Shown: positions 25,401 through 37,261 of the stretch, piece by piece
Position numbering within the stretch: position 1 is the stretch's first letter
How the letters are laid out: every line of letters starts with the position of its first letter
Assembly (NCBI GenBank): GCA_943704425.1
Contig: CALSCP010000408.1
Location: 53,973 to 117,972, forward strand
Direction: 5' to 3'
Source: Ministeria vibrans ATCC 50519
Taxonomy: Eukaryota > Protista > Filasterea
Length of the DNA: 64,000 bases
The notes under the pieces: model-generated
What the model saw: only the letters and a program-made list of their open reading frames with translations
Told to the model about the DNA's origin: nothing
Database searches by the model: none
Made by a program: the position numbers and the translations under genes

Positions 25401-28400
25401 TCATGACGATACGGGTGAAGCTCAAGAGTATCTGATGCCTTGAGCCAGTGTGTGTACTCGTGCTGAAGTGTCCAAGGCAACACCTTGGTAAAAAGTGTTT
25501 CGGAGACGAGGACGCGGCGCACTTTGTTCGTGTCGCGATGCGCCACATAAATATTAGCACCGTTGAAGTCGCACAGGCAAAAATCCCAGCTGCCTGTCTG
25601 GTAGAGGTGTCCCAGGGCGACAACGTTTTCAAAGATGCGCGATCCAAAAAGACGCTTAAAAGTGGATGACGAGGTGATGCCTTCGGGGAGACGCCCCAGC
25701 GGCGCACCGTCGACAAGAAGCTCGCCCGAGATAGGATTGTACTGGACCAGCGCAGCGTTTCCCTCAACATCGAGTTGCGCCACCCTTGTGAAGTACCAGT
25801 TGCCGTCGGAATCGGACGGATAGCGGTGAAAGGCTTCAGCGGAACGTTCGGCAGCCCCAGGCCAGGCATCGTCTTGCGTGAGAATGAGCATGGGCAGCGC
25901 TGGGCAGTCTTGGAGTCGCTGGTGAATTTGCTCGGTGTGCATGTGGGCGACACGAAATGCATTGGCATAGAGCGCACAGAGTTCCTTGCCAGACACATCG
26001 ATCCACTCGTCGGCATTCGGTAATTTGCTGCACAGAATGGGCACGAGCGAGCGCAGTCGACGGAGTGCTTCAAGTAGTGTGAAAAGCGAGTCGTGCTGGT
26101 CGGTGGCGCTCGAGTGCCTTTCAAGAATGGCACTGTCGTACCCAAACGTGAGCACCTGACAGCAGAGAATGCCAACAAGAATGCGTTCGTAACCAATGCG
26201 CTCGTCCGGCTTGTGCAACTTGGACAACACCAGTGAGACTTTCGCGTACCAGTCAGCGGCAATCAGACGGCAACGAGCCAACAGAGCAACGGTCGTGGTG
26301 GGACTGGGGTCGTGCGTCACAATAAGTAGGTGCGACGCAATGCGCACGACGGATATCAAACTGCGCAAGTTGAGCCAATTTTTGTGGATTTTGTCCAGAA
26401 AGTCGGTGAGTGTCACCTGCGAGACGGACTCGACAACGCCCATTTCGCACAAATCTGCTTCCCACTGACGCAGCACAGAGCAGTGGCGGCGGTGAGGGTT
26501 CATGGGCGGCCCGGTTTGTTGGACTGTCTGGAGGATGAGCTGCGCGACGCCATGTTTTTCAAAGCGCAGACGGTGCGATGCGGTGAGTTCGGTGAGGAGA
26601 CGTCGCCAGTTGAGGTTTCCGCCGTCGCTGCGCAGCGAGGTAAACGCCTCGGCCTCGTCGCGCTCCAGCAACAAGTGGCGACTGCGCTCGCAAGTCGCTC
26701 GGTTCTCGGTGATGCTGGTCACGGGGTCGACGGCGTCAGAAAGCGAGTGGTAAGGCGAGGAGAGAGGCACGCAGCAGAGAGCAGCAATGAAGCGGATTAG
26801 GGGCGTGCAAAACGTGGTTAGGTGTTTGTCGCTGCGTGTGACAAAGACAGTGTTGCGAGCGGCCCCACAAAGTACAGAGTCTTGCGAAGCAGCCTGCACC
26901 TGTACGGAACGGTAGTGGCAAAGCGTTATAGCTTTCGCTGTTGTGTGCAGAACTACCCTGTCCAAGGAGCAACTGGTCGCTGAAGTCGGTAGACCTTCTT
27001 GGCACCAAGAACCAGGGTTGCCTCTCCACCGATTTGAGCTTGGCGCAAGAGATTCGTGAGGCTTAGGTTCTGCAAACTGACACACAAGCGACGACCAGGC
27101 ATTCATGAGCGAACGGTAGATTGGGGGCATCCACAGCTCAAAGGCAACAACGTGTGCTTGGGTGGCGGCGGTGGGAAGCAATCGCTCATACTTTACAATC
27201 GTCATTTCGTCAATCCGTCGAGTGAGGTTTCGACGTTCTTTACATTGGTTGCATCTCGTCAATATGTCGCACGTGCATGGATCTAGTGACTGTCGTTGTG
27301 CCGTGTAGAGCGAAATCAAGGACTTCGACGACTTCAGTTCGCGAAGCTTTTGGCTTTCACATAGCTTCTCAGAAGTGCGCACCTCTTTAATGCGCTCCAA
27401 CAGCTCGGGTGACTGTTGGACGCACACATCGGCAAGGGAACCCGAACACACATCGAAAATTCCTTGCTTGGATGTAACACTGTGAGCACGCTGGAGCAGA
27501 TAGGCCTCAAAGGAGGCAACAGCACGACGGTCGGCGTGCGAGGCAAGCAAGAGGACGCGCAGAGCGGGAAGAATATCGTATGGCGGCGCGTACGATTTGG
27601 CCAGGGAGGATGTGCGTGTGACAAGACGATCAATCATGAGAACGCACGCGATGGAGGAGAGCACACGCATCGACTGGACTTGGGGATCCCGCTTCAGACC
27701 AAGAGGGTACGCGAACTCGGCAAGCGAGTCATAGAGAGACAGCAATGCTGTGGATGTCTCGAGAGTCCACGTCAGGGTATCCACTGTGGCCGGCCACAGC
27801 ACATCGAGGGTGAAGCGCTGGACTTGGGTGAGAGCAAGGAGCTCTGTAGTGGGGTTGGTCTTGTTTGAGAGAAGTTGAGTGCATTCTGCCACAACTTGCA
27901 CAAGAGTGTCGTCGGAGACAGCGTCCATGTTGAACGTGAGGCGAGACGTGGACGGTACGGGAGGGAGCGCATTGCCATTGTCACTATCATCGCAGTTTTC
28001 AGCCATCGCGGGAGGTGCGAAGGTGAGAGAAGTTTCGAGTCGATGCTCAGTGTGTTCGGGATTAGTCGCGTCGACGACGAGCGACTGGAGGTCGAGAAGG
28101 GGAGTGTCGCGCGTACGATAGTCGCTCGCGTGGTCGCAGAGACGCTCGTGCTCCGTGCAGGCAGCGGCTGCATCGCCAAGGACACAGCGCGCAAGAGTGC
28201 TGTTGGTTGTGTCCACAATGAGCTTTTCCAGTTTGGCGCTACGACGAGCAATTTTCGCGGCAAGTTGCACAATGAGTTCGTCGTCAGGTGGATAGTCGTC
28301 AGCATTGGTGTTGCAGTGGTGAAGTTTCGAGGTGAGCAAATCGAGGATGAAACATTTGTAGGTGACAGTGCCACGATCTACATCAATCAAATAAAAGAAC

Positions 28401-29301
28401 GGCCCGTCTTTATCAGTCGCGTGGTGCAAATAAAGAGGGGAGGAGGGGGTCGGGAGGATGGGGTAGGGTGGAGGGGGGTGACAATAATGAATAAATACTA
28501 AATTTTAATACCTTGATTGTCGACCAAAAGCTGGTGGTGGAAGATGGAGCGAATCACATCCCATAGACGATCCCGACGCCAGACACAGTTTTCTGAGCGG
28601 TAGAATTCGTCGGTGGGAAACTTTTTGGTGACGGTGACAAAGTTTTGAGGAGCAGTTTGGTCGTTGGGAACGGTTGCAGCGAGAGACGGCAGAAGAAAGT
28701 GATGGACAACAAAGTCTCTCTCCGGCTCGCGCAACTCGTCGTTGGTGGCGCCGGGTTTGGGGCCCTTGCGAGCCTGAACGTACGTGTTGTCGATAGATGA
28801 CCGCTGCAGGGCCGTGATGAAGGTGGGAATGCTGTCGCGGGCGTTTGCGGGAACACATGCAACTGAGGCGGGCACTGTACAGGAACGGTACAGCGCCAGG
28901 TCGTCACAGCTGGCGACGTCGTGGTCGTGGTCGTCGGCGTTGACAAACGACTGGTAGACGGTGATGTGGCTGTGGTCGGGGCTGATGAGCACTGCCGAGG
29001 AGTGGTGCTGGATGAGGAAGGAAACGCGCGGCACGACATGGGTGGCGAGAAACCCCCGCAGAGCAGACAAATCGTCGTGGATCGACCGGCTGCTGTATGG
29101 TGGTGTGGTGGCGTGCGAATGGACCGGCGATGAGCGGTCGAGGTTGAGGAAAGCAAGCGGAAAGGCCTGTGGGGTCGAGTGCGGAAACATCTCGCAGAGG
29201 CACGGATCAGGCCGACGCGGAAGCGTCAAGTGCATCAGCTCGGTGCGGAATTGCTTTACTGCTTCGGAGTGCTTGATGGAGCACTCGGTGGGGTTGGTCA
29301 T
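19460..29301 (-). CDS. Giant (~3250 aa) DUF6606-DUF3638-DUF3645 family P-loop protein; single intron from 28511 to ~28378 or 28408
   Basis: N-terminal HLTLP...VTKK..D..WRRDRLW (DUF6606-like); QNMGEGKTSVVTPM (Walker A); IVDECD (Walker B); IAVPF...RSEYGHPDV (DUF3645); GFSGTND, LIDGGA, DDHHTRGVD, LVQAAMRMR, EQQERELQREEE. Confidence 0.85.
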
Positions 29302-29689
29302 GATAAATAAAAGTTAAAGGCGTGTTTATTGTGTTTTGTTGTGTGAAATGTGAAATAAATTATATTATTTTTCATTATTATTTTTCTTCAACTCTGAGCG
29401 ATGAGAAATCGAAAGGGAAAAAATCAACTCCGAAAAAAAATTGTAAACAAAAAAAAATTGTAAACAAATCCTTTTCAACTAAGCAACTAAGTCAGCATGA
29501 GACTCTTTAGTCTTTTACTTTTGTGTCTGCAGTAGTGCAGGGTTATATTTTGACTTTCAACAGTAATGCCGGCGCCGCTGAATGAAAAGACCGCAAAGTG
29601 AAGGCCCAAGGAACCCTTTTCCGCATTTATTATATTGGTTGAATGTAGGTTCAGTTGAGTTTTATTGGTACAGGCAGGCTCTCCGTCTT

Positions 29690-29755
29690 CCTAGGACTTC
29701 CAAAAAAAAAAAAAGACTCTTCTCCGTCTTGAATGCATCACTGCTTTTTTTTTTT

Positions 29756-29789
<34 letters not shown>

Positions 29790-30842
29790 TTTTTTTTTTT
29801 TTTTTGGAAGTCCTAGGGCAAAAGCTTCATTGTACAAGACAATCTAGCCATCTAGGGCAAAAGCTTCACCATTGTATTTCACCCGGAGGCGTTCGCAGCT
29901 TTGCATTAGCCTGGGCTCGGAGATGTGCTTGCCTGGGTGCACCTTTTTGAGCGCATGCAAGTCTCGTTTTGATTACCGTTCGGCCCATGCGGGGATGGAG
30001 CAGCCGCTAGATTGTCGAAGCTTTCTTCATCCTAGGGTTTCAAAAAAAAAAAGTTGCCTGTCTTGATGCGGTTCTAGAAGGTACCACTCCTGCGCACCTT
30101 TAACCGCTTCAGTCGTCGCCTTTTTCAGCCTCTTCCACTTGCTCCTAAGGCACTTCTGTTTGACTCCCATCTCCCAGTAACTCGTCGCCAGTCTGATCGC
30201 TGAAGGGCAGGCGAAGACGGCAGAATTTCGGCAGAATAAAAAATAACTGCCTAATATTTAAATACGTTTCCGTAATATTTAGTAGTAATTTTCGCCGTAT
30301 ACAATAATTCATACGAAAGGTTTTGTTTGTATTTCGCGTGATGTTATATGATGGTTGAAATAAATGCATTGAAATATGTACACTGTGAAATCAAATAACA
30401 TTATTTACCATTACACGGCTTAAATTTTGTAGCTCTTCTCGTAAAAATTACTCACTTTTTATTCTTATTCATCACCATGTCCTTCAGTTCTTTTTATTCA
30501 TTCAAGCTACAAGGTGTTTGGTGAATGGGGGTCCGTAGATGAATGAATGGACTCCCACCGGCGTGCGGTATGAAGAGGTCGAGGGGTCTTCGAAGGTAGC
30601 GATTTTCTTCTTTCGAGAAGAAAACCGACGTCGTCTCAAGCGTCGCGGGTTGGTGAGTCTTCGCCAAAATGACTACAAGAGGGTACGTTCGTCGTTGGAC
30701 AGAGTGCCACCTGTCGCGATTTTTTTTTTTTTTTTGGAAGTCCTAGGGCAATAGCTTCATTGTACAAGACAATCTAGCCATCCGAAGCGGCTGCTTCACC
30801 CCCGCATGGGCCGAAACGGACATTCCGAGAGACTTGCATGCA
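29690..30842. repeat. Cluster of four related short poly(A)-terminated repeat copies in alternating orientation
   Basis: Shared end CCTAGGACTTCC(A)n or a variant: 29690-29714 (+), 29745-29852 (-), 29953-30052 (+, diverged), 30720-30842 (-). Confidence 0.8.
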
Positions 30843-31880
30843 GAGCTATTCATTCAAATAAACCGCTCAGCAGCTGAAAATGCCTCCTGATTTTAAACTA
30901 GGCATCTCGCATGAAAAAGGGAGAAGAAAAAGGGAAGAAGAAAAATGCAAAGGGGGAAAGGAAGAGAAAGAAAGAAAAAGGAAAAATGGGAAAAACAAAC
31001 ACCAGAAGCAGGCAGCAGCCTACTGGCGCCGCTGCCACTCCCTGTAATGCTCATACGCGGCCACCAGGCACTGTCTCGCAGCCGCCACTGCATCTTTTCG
31101 AGCGTAGGCTGGGATGCGACGCGTCATGCATGGCCAACGACCAGCAACAGACACCAAGTGCAGGGCGGATTGGTCATCACATTCCTGACCGACCCTAATG
31201 ATCGGCTCATGTGGCGCCACTGGAGGAGAGAACGCCTCAGAGACGCCCGAATCTCTTCCGCACACGAGTTGGTGTTGGACAGGAAGGGTTGGGCACATCA
31301 CTCAAAGATGTGCGCGGTGGTCTCCACTGTCGCACAGTACTTACATACTGTCGACTGTGCAAGGCCCCTCCTGTGCTGTGCCCAACCTGGTGGGGCACGG
31401 GAGCATGAAAGGCAGCGGGCAGCGAAAGGGTATGGGCGCAGAAGGAGACGAAAGACGATCCTACTGCTCTAGGGAAACGAGAAGATGATTGAAGAGGAAC
31501 GAGTGCGCGCCTGGACGCAAACGAGTAGCAACAAATCGGGATGACGACTCGATGTAATCGGACCACGGAAGCGAGCAGATGCTAAAGAGAAGCAGATGCG
31601 ATGAGAAAGCACGGGAAGGAATGTGTCCAAAGAGTAAGAGAGAGACGAGTAGAGAGAGACGAGTAGAGAGAGACAAGTAGAGAGAGACAGTAGAGAAAGA
31701 CAATAGAGAGAGACAATAGAGAGAGAGTAGAGAGAGACAATTAGTAGAGAGAGGAAAATAACTTGTGGCGCATCGAGCGTCCACGAACCGGCAAATACGC
31801 TCGCCTATATGAAGAAGGCAAGAAATTCGAAAAGAGACGCGCACAATCGAAAGAGAATTTTCATCATAATGTCTAGGGGT

Positions 31881-33522
31881 TTATACAGTGGTGGTGTGAA
31901 TGCCGAGAATGTTCTTCTCCTTGAAGACGCGGTTCTTGTTGCGCCGCAGAGAAGATCCGTCTTCGGCGATAGAAGAAGGGCTGTCGGGGGTGGCAGGGGT
32001 GGCGGTAGGGTCTTCCTTGAGGACGGGGGTGGTGGGCTCGCCGGTGGAGCTCGAGATGCTCTTGCGGTCCTGCTCAGACTGAGACACGCGCCGTCTCGGG
32101 GTCGTGGGCAAGATGAGCATGGCGGGACCCGTACCCGCACCACTCACCCCACTGCTACTACTAATACTGCCGCTACTGCTACTCGTGGGCTTGACCACGC
32201 CTCCCTTGCCCATCTTGCTCGTGTCCCCCCTAACCTTTCCCTCTCCCGCCCCTCCTCCTCCACCTCCTCCCACTTCCACCGTCTGCTGCTGCTGCGCGCC
32301 CATCTTATCCTGCTCCACCATCCGCATCATATCAGCCAGACGGGCCTTTTGCATCTCTTCGCGCAGTGTCTTTGCCAACTCAGCCCATCCCCGAATCTGT
32401 GCCACCTATCACTCACTGTCAGCACAACAATAAACACAACACCAACAATAAAAAGAGGGTGGTACCTCGAGAGCCCGCTGACCCTTATCGTTGGTCGCAA
32501 AAAGGTCTGCGCCACTCTTGACAAGGAGAAGGGCAAAATCAGTGAGACCCGAGTGAGCGGCATGGTGCAGGGCAGTGTTGTCGTGGCGGTCGCGCCGGTG
32601 CAGGTCACACGAGGCATCGAGAAGCAGCTTGGACATGCGCAACATGTCTGAGGCAACAGCAATAATCAGCGGCGTCTGGCCCAGCTTGTTCTCTGCGTTG
32701 ACGTTGGCGCCCGCGTCGATCAAAAGCTGTGCGCATCCGCTGCGTCCTTGCTTGGCGGCCATGTGCAGTGGTGTGTTGCTGTCTGAGTCCCCCATGTTCA
32801 CATATGCCCCGGCCCCCAGCTCAAGCAGCTGCGACACAACCGACTCACGTCCTTCAAACGCAGCAAAGTGTCTAAAAAGGAAAGAGACACCCTCCGTTAG
32901 ACCTGACTCAATCACACATTCACTCTCTCATTCCCACACGACAAGCAAAATAATATTAAGTGTTACAGTGCGGTTGAGGCCTCGGCGTTGACCATCTCCA
33001 GAAGCCCTTCGTTCCCTCTGACACTCTGTGCAATCAGGTCCGACCGTCCGTGTTTGATGAACGTCACTAGCTTGGCAAATTCGGGCTGAAGCAACTCTCG
33101 TGCACTAATGTCCGTCTGCTTCGCCATCAACAGCTCAAGACACTCCATATGGCCCATGTCGCGCGCCACATCAATGGCCGTCGCGCCCTCTCGGTTGACT
33201 CGCGTCGGTCGTGCGCCCGCCTCCAGCAGCATCGACACCACCTCTTGCTTGTTCCCTACACACACGCGCAGACGTGAGCACCTCTATCGCCGCATCTCTC
33301 TTCCACGAACCGTGCGCAGCCCACCACAGAGGCGTTCCCAAATCGTTGCCCGTCTGCTCCACCTCGATGGTCTTCACCTTGAGCAGTGTGGGCACCAGCG
33401 CAATGGCCGCCGGGCCCTGCACCGCATGAAGCAGTGCCGTGTACCCCTGGTCGTCGCTCAGGTTCACATCCGCTCCTACCCCCCCACAATACAGCACAAC
33501 CATCAATACCATCATCTTCTTC

Positions 33523-33599
<77 letters not shown>

Positions 33600-34072
33600 T
33601 TTGTGTGTGTTTTTTTGTGTGTTTTTTTTGTTTGTCGTACCGGACACTAAAAGCATCGCAACGACGGCCGTTGCGGACGATTTCACCGCTCGTATCAACG
33701 GAGTTGCACCCGTTGCCGGATCTACTGTGTTGATGATGTCGCGCTTGCCCTGAAGCAGCTCCCAGACCTGCGAACGAGGCGAAAAAAGAAATGGGAGGCG
33801 GAAAGGTGAGTTCGTTGATAAATCGCAAAAAGAGAGTTTCGCCCTTTCAAGAGACAGGTTTCTCTTGTGCGACGACTCCCGAGGTGCACACAGCAGCAAG
33901 AGCGTGGGCGCAAAGCACCAGCAGCGCCGCAGGAGCATCGTGCGCGTGTGATGACGTCGGCGATTTGGGTTCTCGCACTCGCGCCCCTCCTCACCTGGTC
34001 TGCGTCCGCCAGCTCCGACGCCCGATGTAAATGAAGTGCTGTCGACGACAAAGTCGGTCGACCTCTTCCCAT
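31881..34072 (-). CDS. Multi-ankyrin-repeat protein (multi-exon; may extend to ~31020 through further exons)
   Basis: Spliced repeats GATPLIRAV, GYTALLHAV, GTPLWWAAHG, STALHFAAFEG, NTPLHMAAKQG, GQTPLIIAV, NTALHHAAHSG. Confidence 0.88.
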
Positions 34073-34198
34073 TTTTTTTTGAAAAAAAAAGAAAAGCAAA
34101 AAAAAAAAACTGTGTTTACACTACGTCTGTTTGGAAACTCCCAGTGAGTGAAACTGAAAAGTCCCACGATGAAATATTTTTCACTTATTCACTTTTTG

Positions 34199-36987
34199 AT
34201 GGACTTCTTCTACGAGCGCATATGGAAGCACCGTCGATCGCGCTATAGCGAGCAGGCGTCGTCTGGAGCCCTTCCCGACTTTGCCGACAACCCCGACTAT
34301 GGCGCAGCGGCCTTCCCGCTGCCTGGAGGCGACGCCTTCCAGCATCCTCTGCTCCCTCCGCCCACCCGCGACAGCGCCAACGACCACGCGCCGCCGCCGC
34401 AGCAGCAGGACGGCGACGACGACGGCGTTGGCTTCGATGCGTTTGACAACCCTGCCTTTGAAGACTTCTCAACCCTGACAGCCCGTCGTGGCGCAAGCGA
34501 CGCTGCCCCGCCCCCCCCCAGCAACACACTTGGGGGTGCTGACCAATATGCTGCGCTGCAACGACAGTTGTCGTGGGTATGTTTGATTCTTTGTGTTTCA
34601 AGTGCTCATTTTGTTGTTGCTGGTGTTGTTTGTTTTAGGCGCAAGCACAAACACAAATGGCCATTGTCCCTCCACCAGTGCCCACCAACCCTGCACGTCC
34701 ACCACGGGTACACTCACGCGAAGCAGCCAGCTCGCAGCACAGCGAAGTTGGCGCCAACGACGATCCATTGTATGAAACGGTCGACTCAGATTTTCTTGAG
34801 GGCTACTACGACACCATTGTCGACTTGCCACCGCCCCTACCCACCCAGCCACCTCCGCCATCCGTCGACACCACCACTGCAGTGACGGCGACGACGGCGA
34901 CGACACCAACAGCGGCCAGCACCATGGAGTATCGTCGACCTGCACCTGTCCCCGTCGACACCATCAACGCCAACCATGATTTACTCAGCAATGCGCTCTA
35001 TGCGTCACCACGCAATGTTGTCGCCGACAGACCAACAACAACAACAACATCAACAGCAATTGCATCACCAGCAGCAACACAAGGCCTGGCGGGACCACAA
35101 CAGGACTTTCACGAAGATCAACCACTCGTTCCTTCCGCTTCTGCCGCTTTGCCCGACAGCCCTCGCGAACAGCGCAAGACATCCAAGAGCAAACTGCGTC
35201 TGTTGACAACGCGTGGCAGCACAGGCAACCTTATTACTTCCATGCGCGATGCAGTCAAACGTCGCGTCGGCAGCAAACGTGATAGCTCCCCCGCTGTCGC
35301 ACTGCCCACTCATCCTCGTGTCTCACCCACCGGCTCACCCACTCCCGACGACATCGTGGTCCCTCCTTCTCTTTCTTCGTTCTCCTACACACCTCTTTCA
35401 GCCACTACAGACTACCAACATGGCGTGCGCTCTGCCGCAGCCGCCGGTCCCTCAGCCATTGACGAGCACAATCTGCGCGTTGACTTTGCGCGTGCGTCTT
35501 CCTCCGTGGTCCATCCGGACGAGCAGCTTGCGCGTCATATCACGCTCAATGACGCTCTCGACGCCCGACGCTATCGCAAAGAGCAACAGCAAAACATCCA
35601 GTCGGACGCAGAGTATGCGCGCTTGCTGGAGCAGGAGGAGGCGGAGTGTGTGCGGACTGCAGCTGCGGCTGCATCGCGTCACACTGCGGAGACGTGCGAT
35701 GCCGACTTTGAACTGGCTCGTAAATTGCATGAGGAAGAACGTCGCTTAGTGTTGTCGTCGTCGTCGACGGGAGAAACTGAACCATTGAGAGGTGAAGAAA
35801 TGGCGGCAGAAGAAGGCAGTGGGGTGCCTGTGGCGGATAGAGAGGCAGAGGAGGAGCGGGCGCGACGGGAGAGACGGGACGCGCGACTCGCGCGGCAGTT
35901 GCAGGAGCTGGAGAATGAACTGGCTCGCACATCGCCCACACTGGAGATGGACGACCCTGATTTGGTCAACGCAGCGGGCGACCGTGCGCTTGTTGTCAAT
36001 TCAAGTGCAGCCAGTGTCCTCGACGACTCCGTTGACGATGACCAAGTGCGTCTGTTCCACGCGACTGTCTCTCCCTCTGCCTCGTGCACCTCCGTCTCCT
36101 TTGAGCCCGACAGCCGCACCAGCAGTGCCAGCACGACCACCGAAACACCCCTAGTTCCCCCCACAACTCCTCCCCCTCTTCAACACCAGTCTACGCGCTC
36201 CCGCCCTCCGCGCCCCCCTCCCCCCTCATCCATTACAAGCACGGCCGTATCCCCTCTACGTCTTTCTCGTGGTCCTGCCCCCCCTCTCAACGCCTCCACT
36301 CCTGTCCGTCGTCCAATTGTCTCCACTGCGTCCTCCTCTCCTATAACCACTACAACAGCAACACCCCCCCCTCCCCCCGTCGTCAGCGTTGCCGATATGA
36401 CTGAGGAGGAGCAGCTTGCGCGCGCTCTTGAGCTCAGTCTGCAAGTCGATGAAACTGAGGAGGCCAACGAACGTCTCTTTCTCGAACGTGCCCACACATT
36501 TTTGTCGCGACCCACGCCCGCCCCACTCCCATCCGACTCAAGTTCCTACTGGAAACACCACTCACCTTCAGAGCAACTTCTTGAGCGTCGAATGCGCGAC
36601 GGTCGTGATGTGGTCATTGCGACGTCGCTAGACCGGCAGCGCGAGTATACGCGCGAAGCCACGCGCCAGGGCCGTCGCGTGACCATTGTCGAGCTCGATC
36701 AAGTGCACGAGACTGTGGTGACAAGTTACCTCAACCATCAACTTGGGTGCATTGAGCGTGAGCGGCGCGAGCGTGCCCGAGACCAACATTCAGCGCCACC
36801 GCGCCCACCATCACCCTCATCATCATCAACAGCAGCAGCAGCAGCAGTGCTCCGTCCACCCCACTCTCAGACGCCGTTTCACACACAGACTCAAGTGGGC
36901 GCCCCTGTCGGTGCCGACTCGTCCGCCCCACCTCCTTACTCTGTCGATGATCCTTCAGCTCCTTCAGCTAGCGAATCACAAGTTTAA
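34199..36987 (+). CDS. Low-complexity adaptor with one UIM, several MIU-like ubiquitin-binding motifs and a C-terminal PPxY (intron 34577-34638)
   Basis: MTEEEQLARALELSL (UIM); DAEYARLLEQEE, DFELARKLHEEE, DARLARQLQELE (MIU-like); PPPYS; Pro/Ser/Thr-rich linkers. Confidence 0.72.
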
Positions 36988-37261
36988 TAAATATGTACAC
37001 AAAACAAATGTTTTTTTTTTCGGTATAAGTCCTCAGCGAAAGTCAACAGCATTGACAGAGCAACTGAACAAGCTTCCCCGAAAGAGAAGAGGGAAATCAT
37101 AGCGACTACGATGATTATTATTCCGCCTTGTATTTTCCTTTTGAGATCAAAAAACTTACCTAAACAATAATATTAATAAGTAATAAACTAATAAAGTTCA
37201 ATCTTTTGTCCTCTCTTCACAGCCGTCGCATACACACCTTTATTCGACAGAACAGTCCACC

